Below the pieces are notes generated by a model. The model saw only the letters and a program-made list of their open reading frames with translations. It ran no database searches and was not told the origin of the DNA. From Eledone cirrhosa (lineage: Eukaryota): a stretch of 64,000 nt of DNA. The translations under genes and the position numbers were made by a program. Positions 1 to 15,100 of this stretch are shown here, one piece after another; the stretch's first letter is position 1; every line of letters starts with the position of its first letter. The stretch covers positions 21,018,001 to 21,082,000 of the forward strand of contig OZ024749.1 in assembly GCA_964016885.1 (NCBI GenBank). The letters are read 5' to 3'.

Positions 1-277
1 CGCCTATTTTATAACCAGCAGACGTCTTTTATCATACTCTGAAAATATTAAAATATTTAAGGCTGTGCTTTTCTCTTAATATTTTCCGTTGTAACAATCC
101 TTGTAAATATTCTCACTTCCTTTCAATATTCAGTTTTTTATCTTAGCGATTGCACCGATACAGCGTGATTCCGAATAAAGTGATATGAGACACTATTATA
201 CAATATTTTTATGTAACGTTTGGCTAAATCAGGTTTCGTCTAATTTAATCACTTCCCTCCCTCATTGATGAGGGTAG

Positions 278-638
278 GGGACCATGGGCAATAGCACCAA
301 TGCTAATATATATGATGTTGTATGTCGGCGACCATGGACTATAACAGCAATGCTCATATATATGATGTTGTATGTCGGGGACCATGGACAATAGCACCAA
401 TGCTAATATATATGATGTTGTATGTCGGGGATCATGGACAATAGCACCAATGCTATGTATGTCGGGGACCATGGACAATAGCACCAATGCTAATATATAT
501 GATGTTGTATGTCGGGGACCATGGACAATAGCACCAATGCTAATATATATGATGTTGTATGTCGGGGACCTTGGACAATAGCACCAATGCTAATATATAT
601 GATGTTGTATCTCGGGGACCATGGACAATAACACCAAT
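278..638. repeat. Minisatellite, ~49-bp unit, ~7 copies
   Basis: Unit gggaccatggacaatagcaccaatgctaatatatatgatgttgtatgtc repeated head-to-tail; one unit internally deleted. Confidence 0.95.
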
Positions 639-640
639 AG

Positions 641-689
<49 letters not shown>

Positions 690-883
690 ATTAGCGTTTA
701 GCTTCAGGCATAGCTTTATACAGATGTGTGTAGAAATTTCGTATTTCTAAAGAAACAGGGTATGTTTACTGGTAAACATTTAGGAAGCCGTAACTATGAA
801 AAAACACCGGGGCTTACGCCCTCTGGTGGTGTCCAGCAGAAGCAAGGGGGACAATCGTCAATGCATTTTTGACTTTACTGGTC

Positions 884-973
<90 letters not shown>

Positions 974-1005
974 GCATGTACATATATATATACATATATA
1001 TATAC

Positions 1006-1100
<95 letters not shown>

Positions 1101-1126
1101 AATAATTATATTTATATATAAGTATA

Positions 1127-1510
1127 TCTATATATATAAAGTTTTTGTTTGTTTGTTTGTTCACGAACTCCTCCTATGGTTTTGGAGAGAGACCCCCATA
1201 ACCATATATATTCTAAAACTACATTGTCCAGGGTACTTGGATAAGTATATTTCATTTTAATCAAAGGGTTCCTCGGGTGCACAAACCCCCGCTGAAAATG
1301 TTTTCCCTTCGATTTATATGAAATTTAAACCATAGGTAAATGACAAGATATGATGCATATTCACAATATTTCAGCAAATTTAAATAATATGAAGACACCC
1401 TAACGGAGTTTTTCTCCATAAATTATATCACTGATTTAAAATCAATCATCATTTTCTTACAAAAAAAAAAGTGTGTCACGCAGCAAGGCGCAGCTAATTC
1501 GGTTACTAAG
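1127..1510 (+). mobile_element. Possible degenerate non-autonomous Helitron
   Basis: Starts a|TCtatatatataaa followed by (gttt)n, like the Helitron at 46885; ends near cgcagcaaggcgcag...actaag, resembling a decayed Helitron 3' hairpin/CTAG. Confidence 0.35.
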
Positions 1511-1741
1511 GGTAATATTAGATGTTACCCAATTACCAGTAAAAAGGTAGCTCAATTATAATACAGAGCAGAAATACAACATAAATTACAATCAAATGGT
1601 GTTTAAAACATTTAATAGCTTACATATATATATATATGGATGTACGGATGGATGAATGTATGGAAGTATATGTGCGCGCGCGCTCGATGTGTGTGTGTGT
1701 TTATATATATATATATGTATATTTATATATGTATATATGTA

Positions 1742-2161
<420 letters not shown>

Positions 2162-2354
2162 CACATATATTTCTGATAGAAAAATATATATGATGTGGAT
2201 GATAGCAAGATAGGGTTGGAAACGATGAAGAAGTGAAATATTTTGCGTTCTTTGGAATGGAAGGCAATTCCAGAATTGACATGGAAAGGGGGCCATTTAT
2301 GAACGATAACTGGATTTTAGGGTGCACCAACAACAAATCTACATCATTCACGTA

Positions 2355-2399
2355 TTTATATATATGATATACAGATATATTTATACATACCTATAAATA

Positions 2400-2431
<32 letters not shown>

Positions 2432-2896
2432 CATATACATATATATATATACATATATATATACATATACATATATATATACATACATACATATACGTAT
2501 ATATATATATATACATACACATATATATATATATATACATACATATACATATATATATACATATACATATATATACATACATATACATATATATATATAT
2601 ACATACATATACATATATATATATACATACATACATACATATACATATATATATATACATATACATATATATATACACATATATATATATACATACATAT
2701 ACGAATATATATATATACATATATATACATACATATATATATACATACATATACATATATATATACATATATATACATATACATATACATATACATATAT
2801 ATATATATACATACATATACATATATATAAATACATACATATACATATACATACATATAGATATACATATATATATATACATACATATACATATAC

Positions 2897-2927
<31 letters not shown>

Positions 2928-3307
2928 CATATATATATACATATATATATACATATATATATACATATATATATACATATATATATACATATATATATAC
3001 ATATATACATATATATATACATATATATATACATATATACATATATATATACATATATACATATACATATATACATATATATACATATATATATATACAT
3101 ATATATATATACATATATATATCGATATCCAAAATTAAGATAAATTAAATGAATTCAATCTAAATCGAAATTGAGGGTATCATGTCATAATGGCATGCGC
3201 CATATCGCCTGGATTCATGTATATTTATATGTTAATCAATTTCTAGTTATTATATATATATACATACATATATATACATATATATATATATATATACATA
3301 TTTATAC

Positions 3308-3342
<35 letters not shown>

Positions 3343-3448
3343 CATATATATACATATATATATATATATACTATATATATACTATATATATACATAATAT
3401 ATATATATATATACATATATACTATATATATACATATATACTATATAT

Positions 3449-3481
<33 letters not shown>

Positions 3482-3553
3482 TATATACTATATATATACA
3501 TATATATATATATACATATATATATATACATACATATATATATATATACATAC

Positions 3554-3604
<51 letters not shown>

Positions 3605-3686
3605 CATATATATATATACATATATATATACATACATATATATATATATACATATATATATATACATATATATATATATACATTAC

Positions 3687-3727
<41 letters not shown>

Positions 3728-3728
3728 A

Positions 3729-3818
<90 letters not shown>
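2355..3818. repeat. Long (TA)n/(TACA)n microsatellite fields; similar fields recur throughout the window (e.g. 11480-12190, 27610-28160, 56220-57100)
   Basis: Directly visible; source of the YI/IY/CV/TH pseudo-ORFs. Confidence 0.98.
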
Positions 3819-3824
<6 letters not shown>

Positions 3825-4683
3825 CGTAAAATAAGAAAATTATAAAATTAACTTACTTACTAAAATATCACTTCCAACTAATTAGTTTCTGAAATGGAAT
3901 AAATATATTTTCCGAAGAAAACATAGAGAATCATTTCGTCGTCATTCGTCTAAGTATCCAGGCAAAGCGGGGACTCTGGAAACTTATTCAAAAATAATTC
4001 AGTGGATAGAAAGTAGCAAAGCGTGGACTGAATTCCTAGCCATTGAGAAAATCACTGCCTCTGCGTCGGTGGCAAATTCAAAAAGAATCAATCACGTGAA
4101 ATCGAGGTCAATCAGTGGAAAGTGGTTTGCTAATAAGACAGCGGCCTGCCTGCTACCATAGCAGCAGTCGTGGCCAATATTGCTCGACAAATAATTTGGA
4201 GATAATTATAAAGAATTAATATCTAGTAACATATATATACATACAGATGCATATCAATGCTAGCAAATATATAGGTTTTGTCTTAGTAACTTTGTGGTTC
4301 AATGCATGGGGTTGCAGAACAATAATATGAGAGACGTAAAATAAGAAAATTATAAAATTAACTTACTTACTAAAATATCACTTCCAACTAATTAGTTTCT
4401 GAAATGGAATAAATATATTTTCCGAAGAAAATATAGAGAATCATTTCGTCGTCAGGGAAGACTATTCTCATCTAAGTATCCAGGCAATGGAAACTTATTC
4501 AGTAAGTTAATATTTTAGTAAGTAAGTTAATTTTATAATTTTCTTATTTTACGTCTCTCATATTATTGTTCTGCAACCCCATGCATTGAACCACAAAGTT
4601 ACTAAGACAAAACCTATATATTTGCTAGCATTGATATGCATCTGTATGTATATATATGTTACTAGATATTAATTCTTTATAAT
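3818..4683 (-). mobile_element. PLE-type partial tandem plus inverted terminal segment with degenerate hammerhead
   Basis: Direct repeat 3818-3990 / 4328-4500; 4512-4683 is the reverse complement of ~4203-4378; minus strand CTGACGA-cgaa...ttcg-GAAA-atatattt at ~4410-4455; (TA)n flanks. Confidence 0.55.
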
Positions 4684-4740
4684 ATATATATATATATATA
4701 TAAACATATATACATATACATATATATATATACACATATG

Positions 4741-4800
<60 letters not shown>

Positions 4801-4846
4801 CACATGTATATATACATATATATATATATACATATATATATATACA

Positions 4847-5699
4847 TATAAACGGAAAAATGAAACGAAATTTCATTTCCCACTCTTAGTACGGCTGTTA
4901 CTTAAATATAAGTATGTATACGTACATACATATATGTATACAGACGTACAGTAGTATGTATATATATATACATGCACACATATATATATGTACGTATGGA
5001 TTCACCGAACATTTATTATAATGCTCGGTGTGTTTGTAAGCAAACATCCCGTATTAAGCCATATGGTCTAGCAACCATCGTTGCTCGTTTGTTCAACACT
5101 GACAAAGGAACGCTGTACTAGTTTCAAGCTTATTAGCTATCGTCAGCAACGTATACCTTCCTGCCAGATGATTGAACGTCTGAAAGTATATACTTTCCTT
5201 ATGCATATTAACGGCTGAGTAGCCCAATTTGCATATCGAGTGGGTTAATCGGCCGGGTGCACCGAAAACGATAAACGAAAAAAATGAAACGAAATTTCAT
5301 TTCCCACTCTTAATACGGCTGTTACTTAAATATAAGTATGTATACGTACATACACATATGTATACAGACGTACAGTAGTATGTATATATATATACATACA
5401 TGCACACATATATATATGTACGTATGGATTCACCGAACATTTATTATAATGCTCGGTGTGTTTGTAAGCAAACATCCCGTATTAAGCCGTAGTGTCTAGC
5501 AACCATCGTTGCTCGTTTGTTCAACACTGATAAAAGAACGCTGTACTAGTGTCAAGCTTATTAGCTATCGCCAGCAACGAATACCGTCCTGCCAGATGAT
5601 TGAACGTCTGAAAGTATATACTTTCCTTATGCATATTAACGGCTGAATAGCCCAATTTGCATATCGAGTGGGTTAATCGGCCGGGTGCACCGAAAACGT
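4847..5699. repeat. Two tandem copies of a ~424-bp unit
   Basis: ataaacg(g/a)aaaaatgaaacgaaatttc... starts at 4847 and 5271; both copies end ccgggtgcaccgaaaacg; near-identical. Confidence 0.9.
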
Positions 5700-5715
5700 T
5701 TTCGGTGAAAGCAAA

Positions 5716-5897
5716 TATTTATTAAAATAACAGATTCAAGTTTAAGCAAAGAATCGCTGCTTTCACCCTTAACGGGATCTTCTGAAACGAAAAGAGTCAA
5801 TCTGTGAACGAAGAAGTAAATATTTCAAAAAGATCCCGTTAAGGGTCAAAGCAGCGATTCTTTGCTTAAACTTTAATCTGTTATTTTAATAAATATA
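5716..5897. mobile_element. Fold-back element with degenerate hammerhead (PLE-type end)
   Basis: ~72-bp inverted arms around a ~35-bp spacer; arm contains cAgaaga-tccc-gttaa-ggg-t-GAAAgcagc. Confidence 0.55.
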
Positions 5898-5925
5898 CAT
5901 ATATATATATATATATATATGTATG

Positions 5926-7049
<1,124 letters not shown>

Positions 7050-7470
7050 TTGCTGTAGTGGAGTCTGTGCTGCTGTATGGGTCTGAGACTTGGACACTGA
7101 CCAAGAAACTCACTCAGATGGTGGATGGGTGCTACACGAGAATGCTGAGGATGGCTCTGAAGATTAATCAGTATACACTGCGATGAAAAACTCAGAGCTG
7201 TATGGGAGCATCCCAAAAGTCAGCTCAAAAGTGACACAGAGGAGACTGAGGTTAGCTGGACATGCTCACCGACATCCAGAGTTGACATTGCACTCAGTGC
7301 TCCTTTGGGAGCCCCTACATGGACACACTAGAAGAGGAAGACCAAGGTTAACGTATGTTGATGCCCTAAGGACAGACACTGGTCTATTGGAGACGCAGGA
7401 CATGGCAGCGATAATGAGGGACAGAGACCGCTGGAGAGAACTCGTCCATGGATCTCGGGAATTTTACCCG

Positions 7471-7474
<4 letters not shown>
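7050..7474 (+). pseudogene. RTEX-like LINE 3' part, inverted relative to the 5' part
   Basis: Encodes VESVLLYGSETWTLT...DGCYTRMLR...RRLRLAGH...GRPRLTYVD; ends in (TA)n; same 3' end at 34056-34213 (-). Confidence 0.85.
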
Positions 7475-7506
<32 letters not shown>

Positions 7507-7719
7507 CGTTTCTGAATTTGTTTAGCAAGATTCTTTATCTGAAATCGTGTGTTGAAACCGATATTGTTATACTTTGGGAGGGTCATGTTGCCAATAAGAA
7601 ACACACGCACCAGTTGCTTTCACTTCAATTTAGTTTATTAAATATTTATAAATTTACAAATTTATAAATTTCTGGTTGGTTGGTTGGTTCCACAACCAGA
7701 TAGTTGTTTATATATATAT

Positions 7720-7764
7720 AGTCATAGTTCTTTCGTCACACACTCTGTGCCCTCTTCAGTGACT
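7720..7764 (-). ncRNA. Minimal type I hammerhead ribozyme in PLE pLTR
   Basis: agtca-CTGAAGA-gggcac agagtgt gtgac-GAAA-gaacta-tgact; one stem II mismatch. Confidence 0.7.
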
Positions 7765-8071
7765 GGGGATTTCTTTCTTCGTTTCTGTGCCTTTCCTTTC
7801 TTCTATCCTACGCCATTTTGTTTGTGTGTGGGTTGCGTGCTCAGTTTGCGCATGCGCCACATCCGGGTGTCTGTGTGTGTTTGTGTTCATTTTTCTATTT
7901 TTCTATTTATATTTTTCTATTTGTTTGTTTATTTATTTATTTATTGTTGGTTGGTTGTTTGTTCTATGTGTGTGTGTGTGTTTTCATTTTGTCTTGTGTG
8001 TGTTTTCATTTTGTGTGTGTTTTCAATTGTAAGTTGTTTGTTCTATGTGTGTGTGTGTTTTCATTTTGTCC

Positions 8072-9296
8072 TTAATTGTAAGTTGTGATGTTGCTGTTCC
8101 ACTCATATTTTCTATTTAATTTTGGTTTTAATTCTTTTATGCTTACTGCCTCTGTAATTTGCCTAAACATTGCGTCTTTCTTGTGTGTGGATTCTATTTT
8201 TATTTCTATGCTCTCTAATTTACCCCTGTGTTCTATCTTAGCATGTTGGTAGAGCACAGATGATTCTTTACTATCTTGGAGGTCTCGCCAGTGTTCATTT
8301 ATTCGTTCCCCTATACTACGAGCTGTCTCACCTATGTACACTACATTTTTGTTTCTACATTGTCCTTCAGTACATCTTATGCTATATACCACATTTCTAG
8401 TTTTACAGTTAATATGGGGGCTTATTTTACAGGTTATACATTTCTTATCTATACATGAGGGTCTTTGGAACGGGTATGTCTTGCTAATAAGTGTTTTTAC
8501 GGAGGTACCAGGTCTTTCTACTATCTTAATATTGAGATTATGTTTCTTTAGGGCCCTTCTAAATTTGTAGGCTAGTTCGCCTCTAGGGGTTGTATTGATG
8601 AACATTACACTCTGGTATTTATTGCTATCATACCATGAGTTTATTCTATTGGCCTTGTTCTTAGTTCTTTCTATTCTATTCCAAAATTTGCTCCTATACA
8701 AGGGGCAGGTCCCATTTATGTCATTATTTACCATTTTTTCCCATTTGGTTCTGGCTCCTTTATACACTCTGATTCTATCTCTCTGATTGTAGCCAGAGAA
8801 CTGCATACGGTGGATGAAGTGTTGTATGTGTCTCTCTAGTTCTTCGGGGTTGCACATGCGGGACACATTTCTCATCACCCGTACCAAATCCGCAATCAGT
8901 ATGTTGATTTTGGTATGGTCCGAAATGGCCGAGTTTCGGTGGATCAGATGTTTGGAAGTCATGGGTTTGGCATAATGGGAATGGAGGATTTGTTTTTGGT
9001 TGTTAATAGTATCTAACCAGAGCTCTGTGTCTAGTACAGGTAATCGATGGTTGGGGTGTCTACTTGGGTAGTCTATAGTAACTCTAATGCTCTGGTGGAT
9101 GGAGTTTGCTATTTGCTGGATGCTTTCCATTGTGTTTTTCTCTAGTTCCTGACTGTTCTTTAGTGGGGGTGTCTTAACTACGATGTTTATATCATCTACG
9201 TAGCGGGAGTACATTATCAGGGTTAAGCTGTCTTCTAATTGTTCATTAAGTTTTTGTTTAAGTCTACTGTCCCACCATACCATGAATAAGTTAGCT
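8072..9296 (-). CDS. PLE polyprotein C-terminal half: RT (YVDD), CxxxxCxxC linker, GIY-YIG endonuclease
   Basis: RYVDDI, LPVLD, CIDKKCITC, NVVYSIRC...YIGET.RS..ER..EH, terminal KPKLN. The first ~60 aa of ORF 8072..9475 are read-through from the inverted pLTR. Confidence 0.9.
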
Positions 9297-9394
9297 ATGT
9301 GGCGCATGCGCAAACTGAGCACGCAACCCACACACAAACAAAATGGCGTAGGATAGAAGAAAGGAAAGGCACAGAAACGAAGAAAGAAATCCCC

Positions 9395-9439
9395 AGTCAC
9401 TGAAGAGGTCACAGAGTGTGTGACGAAAGAACTATGACT
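9395..9439 (+). ncRNA. Minimal type I hammerhead ribozyme in inverted pLTR
   Basis: Stem I agtca/tgact; CTGAAGA; stem II gtcac/gtgac; GAAA; CUA triplet. Confidence 0.78.
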
Positions 9440-9590
9440 ATATATATATAAACAACTATCTGGTTGTGGAACCAACCAACCAACCAGAAATTTATAAATT
9501 TGTAAATTTATAAATATTTAATAAACTAAATTGAAGTGGAAGCAACTGGTGCGTGTGTTTCTTATTGGCAACATGACCCTCCCAAAGTAT

Positions 9591-9680
<90 letters not shown>

Positions 9681-9684
<4 letters not shown>

Positions 9685-9821
9685 TGAACGAGTGTGACTT
9701 TTTAGTCCAGCCAGCGACTTGAAAACTCTGGTACAAATATTACACTTGTACAAACACTACACATAAAGCAATGCCTGTGCTGTGAAGCTTTTATTGTGAG
9801 CAAAGGCACTGCACAAAGCCA
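9681..9821 (-). mobile_element. Internally deleted RTE-derived non-autonomous element
   Basis: Matches 15720-16131; minus frame [22 protein letters not shown] is an RTE C-terminal zinc-finger relic. Confidence 0.75.
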
Positions 9822-9912
9822 TGTATGCATATATATATATATGTATGTATATATATATGTGTATATATATATATATATATATACATATATATATACATAC
9901 ATATATGTATAC

Positions 9913-10588
9913 ATATTGTTACACTTTGGGAGGGTCATGTTGCCAATAAGAAACACACGCACCAGTTGCTTTCACTTCAATTTATTATAAAAAATTTATA
10001 AATTTAGGAATTTATAAATATCCGGTTGGTTGGTTGGTTCCACAACCAGATGGTTGTTTATATATTGTCAAAGTTCTTTCGTCACACATTCTGTGACCTC
10101 TTCAGTGACTGGGGATTCTTTTCTTTGTTTTGTGTGCCTCTCCTTTGTTCTGTCCTACCCCATCTTGTTTTTGTGTGTGTGTTGTGTGTTTAGTTTGCGC
10201 ATGTGTTACATCCGGGTAACATGCAAATGAACAAATAAATAAACGAATATAAACACACACAGACACGCGGATGTAACACATGCGCAAACTAAGCACACAA
10301 CACACACACACAACCAAGATGGCGTAGGACAGAACAAAGGAGAGGCGCAAAAAACAAAGAAAAGAATCCCCAGTCACTGAAGAGGTCACCATCAGGTTGT
10401 GGAACCAACCAACCAACCGGAAATTTATAAATTTCTAAATTTATAAATTTATTATAATAAATTGAAGTGAAATCAACTGGTGGGTGTGTTTCTTATTGGC
10501 AACATGACCCTCCCAAAGTATAACAATATCGGTTTCAACACACGTTTTCAGATAAAGAATCTTGCTAAACAAATTCAGAAACGAAATA
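9913..10588 (+). mobile_element. Solo PLE pLTR pair (inverted plus direct with tail), same family as 7503-9597
   Basis: 9913-10217 inverted to ~10262-10530; hammerhead core on the minus strand at ~10067-10110, deleted in the plus copy. Confidence 0.85.
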
Positions 10589-10595
10589 TATATAC

Positions 10596-10629
<34 letters not shown>

Positions 10630-10635
10630 ATATAC

Positions 10636-10669
<34 letters not shown>

Positions 10670-10695
10670 ATATACATACATACATATATATATAT

Positions 10696-10726
<31 letters not shown>

Positions 10727-10727
<1 letters not shown>

Positions 10728-11480
10728 GATAAAGAACACAAGAGCGTCTACAACATCAAAAGATTTTTATTGGCTTACAATGTTTCTTCCTTACGTAACC
10801 GTAGGATTCGTCAGAGCTATAAAAGGGGTTTGATTGGTGTTATGGACTCTACCAACCAAACATTCAAGAACAAAGAGTAAAGAGAGTAAAGAGAAAAAGT
10901 AGGGGACGATAAGACTAATTTTGGTGTGGGAGGGTGGGGTGTGGGTCCTTGTTTACTAGCTGCGGTCATATTCATTCCCGGGAGTCGAGTGGTTAGCTGA
11001 ACCATAGATGGGGTGGCGTCGATAGTATGGTGCAGAGGGTGTGCAGAGGCTACACAAACACAAAGGGCATACAATATATATATATATATATAACAGAGGA
11101 GAAAGTACATGAGGTAATTAGAAATGGAAAAAGAGTAATAATAATAATCTATAATTAATAATGTATAATAAGGCATGGGGAAGATTACACTATAATAAGG
11201 TATAAAAGTAAGAATAAGGTAAAATATAAAGGAGGATAAAAGTGGAAATAATAAAGATAAAAAATATATATGTAAAAAAATATATAGAGAATATATAAAG
11301 AAATATAAGCGAGTATTTGGAGGGGAAAACACAATGTAAAAAAACCGATTTTTTTCAAATAAAAATAAAAATATTATAATTATGGGGGGAGAAAACGGGA
11401 TAGAGAAATATGATCAAATGTGATTAGTTGAGAGAATATAAGATGATAATAGTTATGTCAAGTTTATACATCTTAATAAT
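10727..11480 (-). mobile_element. PLE 3' fragment (possible EN end, pyrimidine-rich UTR, hammerhead)
   Basis: Hammerhead near the 3' end; [10 protein letters not shown]-like relic at ~11450-11480; (TA)n flanks. Confidence 0.55.
10773..10817 (-). ncRNA. Minimal hammerhead ribozyme
   Basis: gct-CTGACGA-atcctacg gtta cgtaagga-a-GAAA-cattGTA-agc; stem I gct/agc; GUA triplet. Confidence 0.72.
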
Positions 11481-11491
11481 AAATACATATA

Positions 11492-11532
<41 letters not shown>

Positions 11533-11654
11533 ACATACATATATATATACATATATGTATATATATATATATATACATATTTATATATATATGTATGTAT
11601 TTATATATATGTATATATATATGTATGTATATATATATATATACACACTTATGC

Positions 11655-11695
<41 letters not shown>

Positions 11696-11851
11696 CATAT
11701 ATATATACATATACATACATATATATATACACACACATGTATATATATGTATATGTATGTATATATATACGTATGTATATATACATATATACATACACAC
11801 ACATATATATATATATACATACATATATATATATATATATATACATATATG

Positions 11852-11897
<46 letters not shown>

Positions 11898-11942
11898 CAT
11901 ATATATATATACATATATATATATACATATATATTTATATAC

Positions 11943-12013
<71 letters not shown>

Positions 12014-12100
12014 TATTTATATACATATATATATATACATATATATATATACATATATATTTATATACATATATATATATATACATATATATTTATATAC

Positions 12101-12135
<35 letters not shown>

Positions 12136-12145
12136 CATATATATT

Positions 12146-12191
<46 letters not shown>

Positions 12192-15100
12192 TTCAGGTTT
12201 GAGGTTCACCACTGTATAGAGCTGGTCTATTCCGTATGGTCAATCGTAATGCAATAATATAGAGAGTACTCAACGTAAAGCAGTTCAACCGTCTTTGTTT
12301 TTGTAGTTGGTGGTGCTATTACGGAGTTAAATATTATAATGAAATGACAGGAGGCTGGATTTGTGTAAATCCTTGAAAGGTTTATTATACTATGATCATT
12401 TCAATGACCGGGTTCCGTATGAATCCGGTGATATCATCAGGTATTCGAAATATAATACGTGAATGTAATAGGTAAAATCCATCGGGCTGAAAATCGAGAC
12501 CCGAGGGCGACCGCTATTCTGTTCCTTCAACTTCAGCCGGTCGCCCTGGAGTGACGTGGCTAAATTTTATAGTATGCTACTACCGGTCAGATGAACGAAA
12601 ACAGAAAGAGATGGGAGCATAGGTTAACGTCGATCCCATGACACAAGGTAAAAGAAAGAAAGAAAGGAAGGAGAAGAAGGGGGAAGAAAGAAGAAGAGAA
12701 GTCAGGGTTAATGTCAGCTAAAAGAGGAAGGTAACTACTACTGGTCAGATATAGGCAAGCAAGAGGGGGAAGGAAGATAAGTCTGCAGGGAGGAGGAGAG
12801 GAGAGAAGGAAGGGAAGAGAGAAGTAGAAAAGTAAGGGTTGATGGCTACAAGAAGGAAGATAGAAAGGAAGAGGAAGAAAGGTCGATATTAATGTCAGAC
12901 CACAGTCAAGCCAGGAGTGGCCCAGTTCGCCTGGCCCTTTGCTACTCCCCTCACAGAATATCCGAACTTCGACGAAACTCCACGGACTGGACCATAACAT
13001 GTATTGTACTGCACTGAATTAACTAAATGGCTACCCTATACTTCTGGGCATAACTCACACTGAACTCCCAGACTCGAACACGCACTGTTTCCACATCTAT
13101 ATGCATTATCTGACTGCAACTTGAACTATATTGTATTTCTCCTGTGTCTTGAACTCTCCATTTAATAGACAACGACTCTTGTTTATTTATTTATATCTTT
13201 ACATCTTTATTTGCTGTATTAATGCTCCTCCACGTATTCTACCTCTATACATCCATGTACTTTCTACTTCCCTTATTCGGACTTTTACTCGCGTGTACCC
13301 TCAGCACACGTCACTGGAATATTTCCCCCTGGGAACATAAATACCGCAACCCGAACTATATTGTATTTCTCCTGTCTCTTGAACTCTACATTTACTAGAC
13401 AACGACTATTGTTTGTTTATCTATATCTTCACATCTTTGTTTGCTGTATTAATGTCCTGATTTCTCCATCTTACTCCAACACCACTCTTGTTGGTTTATT
13501 TACATGTTTATACCTATATATTGATATGTTTATATATTTATACCTCTGCTGTACCAATGTGCTCTTCCACGTATTCCACTTCTATGTATCCATGTATTTC
13601 TACCCCTCACATTGGGACCTGTACCCATTAGCTCTTCCACGTATTCCACTTCTATGTATCCATGTATTTATACTCCTCACATTGGGACCTGTACCCATTA
13701 GCACACGACACTAGAATGTCTCCTCCTGAGAACAAAAATTAAACATTACACGACTATATCCCGTACTCTACATCCCACTAGGATAAATTACAGATCTACA
13801 TAATACAATTAACGTTTCTTCATAAAAGACTATTTAATTAAACCCCGCAACCCAAAACCTCATAGAAGTTATTTGAATGTCTAATCTTCAATTTTCTGCT
13901 TGTTCAATTCTCAATCCTCTTACTCCTTAGTTTCATAATGTTATTCTGAATTCTTTCAACTTCATCCGATAGAGTTAAGCAACATTCTAAAGTTCCAACT
14001 TTCTGTCGGACCGTTGGGTGGGTTTTAGCGGCGACGCGACCAGCTCCCTGGCGAACGGGCTCACCTGGAGTGCTTGGAAAAATAAATTCCCCTTCTTTCA
14101 GTAAATGAAAATACTCGGCGTGGCTTAATTAGCCATGGGGCCTGGGGCGCGGCCGGTGTTTTAACCGCCAAATAGTACCTTTAAATTACAGAACAAATCG
14201 GAACTATTATATATATCAACCTGAAACTGTTGAGCTTTAAGTTTTCTAACCTCTTTAATATGGAATATTGATTATTAATTTATTAATTTCTTAACTTCAT
14301 CCTATAAGTCTAAACATTGTAACACACTGACCCCCAATATATTCACCTCTGCTAAGATGCGAGTCCCTGTGAAAATTTTGTCGCGCCACTCCTGGCCCGA
14401 CTGTGGTGTGACATTAATATCGACCTTCCTTCCCCTCTCTTTCTATCTTCCTTCTTGTAGCTATCAACCAGTACTCTTTTACTTCTCTAAGCTAAATTTT
14501 AAAGTTCCAACTTTCTGTCGGACTGTTGGGTGGGTTTTAATGGCGGCGCGACCAGCTCCGTGGCGAACGAGCTCACCTAGAGTGCTTGGAAAAATAAATT
14601 TCCCCTTCTTTCAGTAAATGAAAATACTCGGCGTGGCTTAATTCGCCATGGGGCCCGGGGCGCGGCCGTTGTTTTAACCGCCAAATAGTACCTTTAAATT
14701 ACAGAACAAATCGGAACTATTATATAATTAATTGTTAAACTGTTGAACTTTAAATTTTCTAACCTCTTTAATATTGAATATTGATTATTAAATGTTTTTA
14801 ACCTCATCCTAGAAGTCTAAACACTGTAAAACACTGACTCCCAATATATCCATCTCCGCTAAGATGCGGGTCCCTGTGCACATTTTCTCGCGCCACTCCT
14901 GGCTTGACTGTGGTCTGACATTAATATCGACCTTTCTTCCTCTTCCTTTCTATCTTCCTTCTTGTAGCCATCAACCCTTACTTTTCTACTTCTCTCTTCC
15001 CTTCCTTCTCTCCTCTCCTCCTCCCTGCAGACTTATCTTCCTTCCCCCTCTTGCTTGCCTATATCTGACCAGTAGTAGTTACCTTCCTCTTTTAGCTGAC

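Larger units (their letters stand above)
7503..9597 (-). mobile_element. Penelope-like element, 5'-truncated, with inverted pseudo-LTR
   Basis: pLTR plus tail 7503-7865; inverted pLTR copy 9297-9597; RT/EN ORF between; (TA)n flanks. Confidence 0.92.

Noticed and set aside
278-638. CRISPR-like periodicity (also the 108-bp array at 43820-44582)
   Set aside because: Whole units repeat with no unique spacers; no cas genes; eukaryotic context.
9297-9475. N-terminal ~60 aa of the 467-aa ORF, and ORF 7684..8088
   Set aside because: Antisense read-through of the inverted pLTR, not part of the PLE protein.
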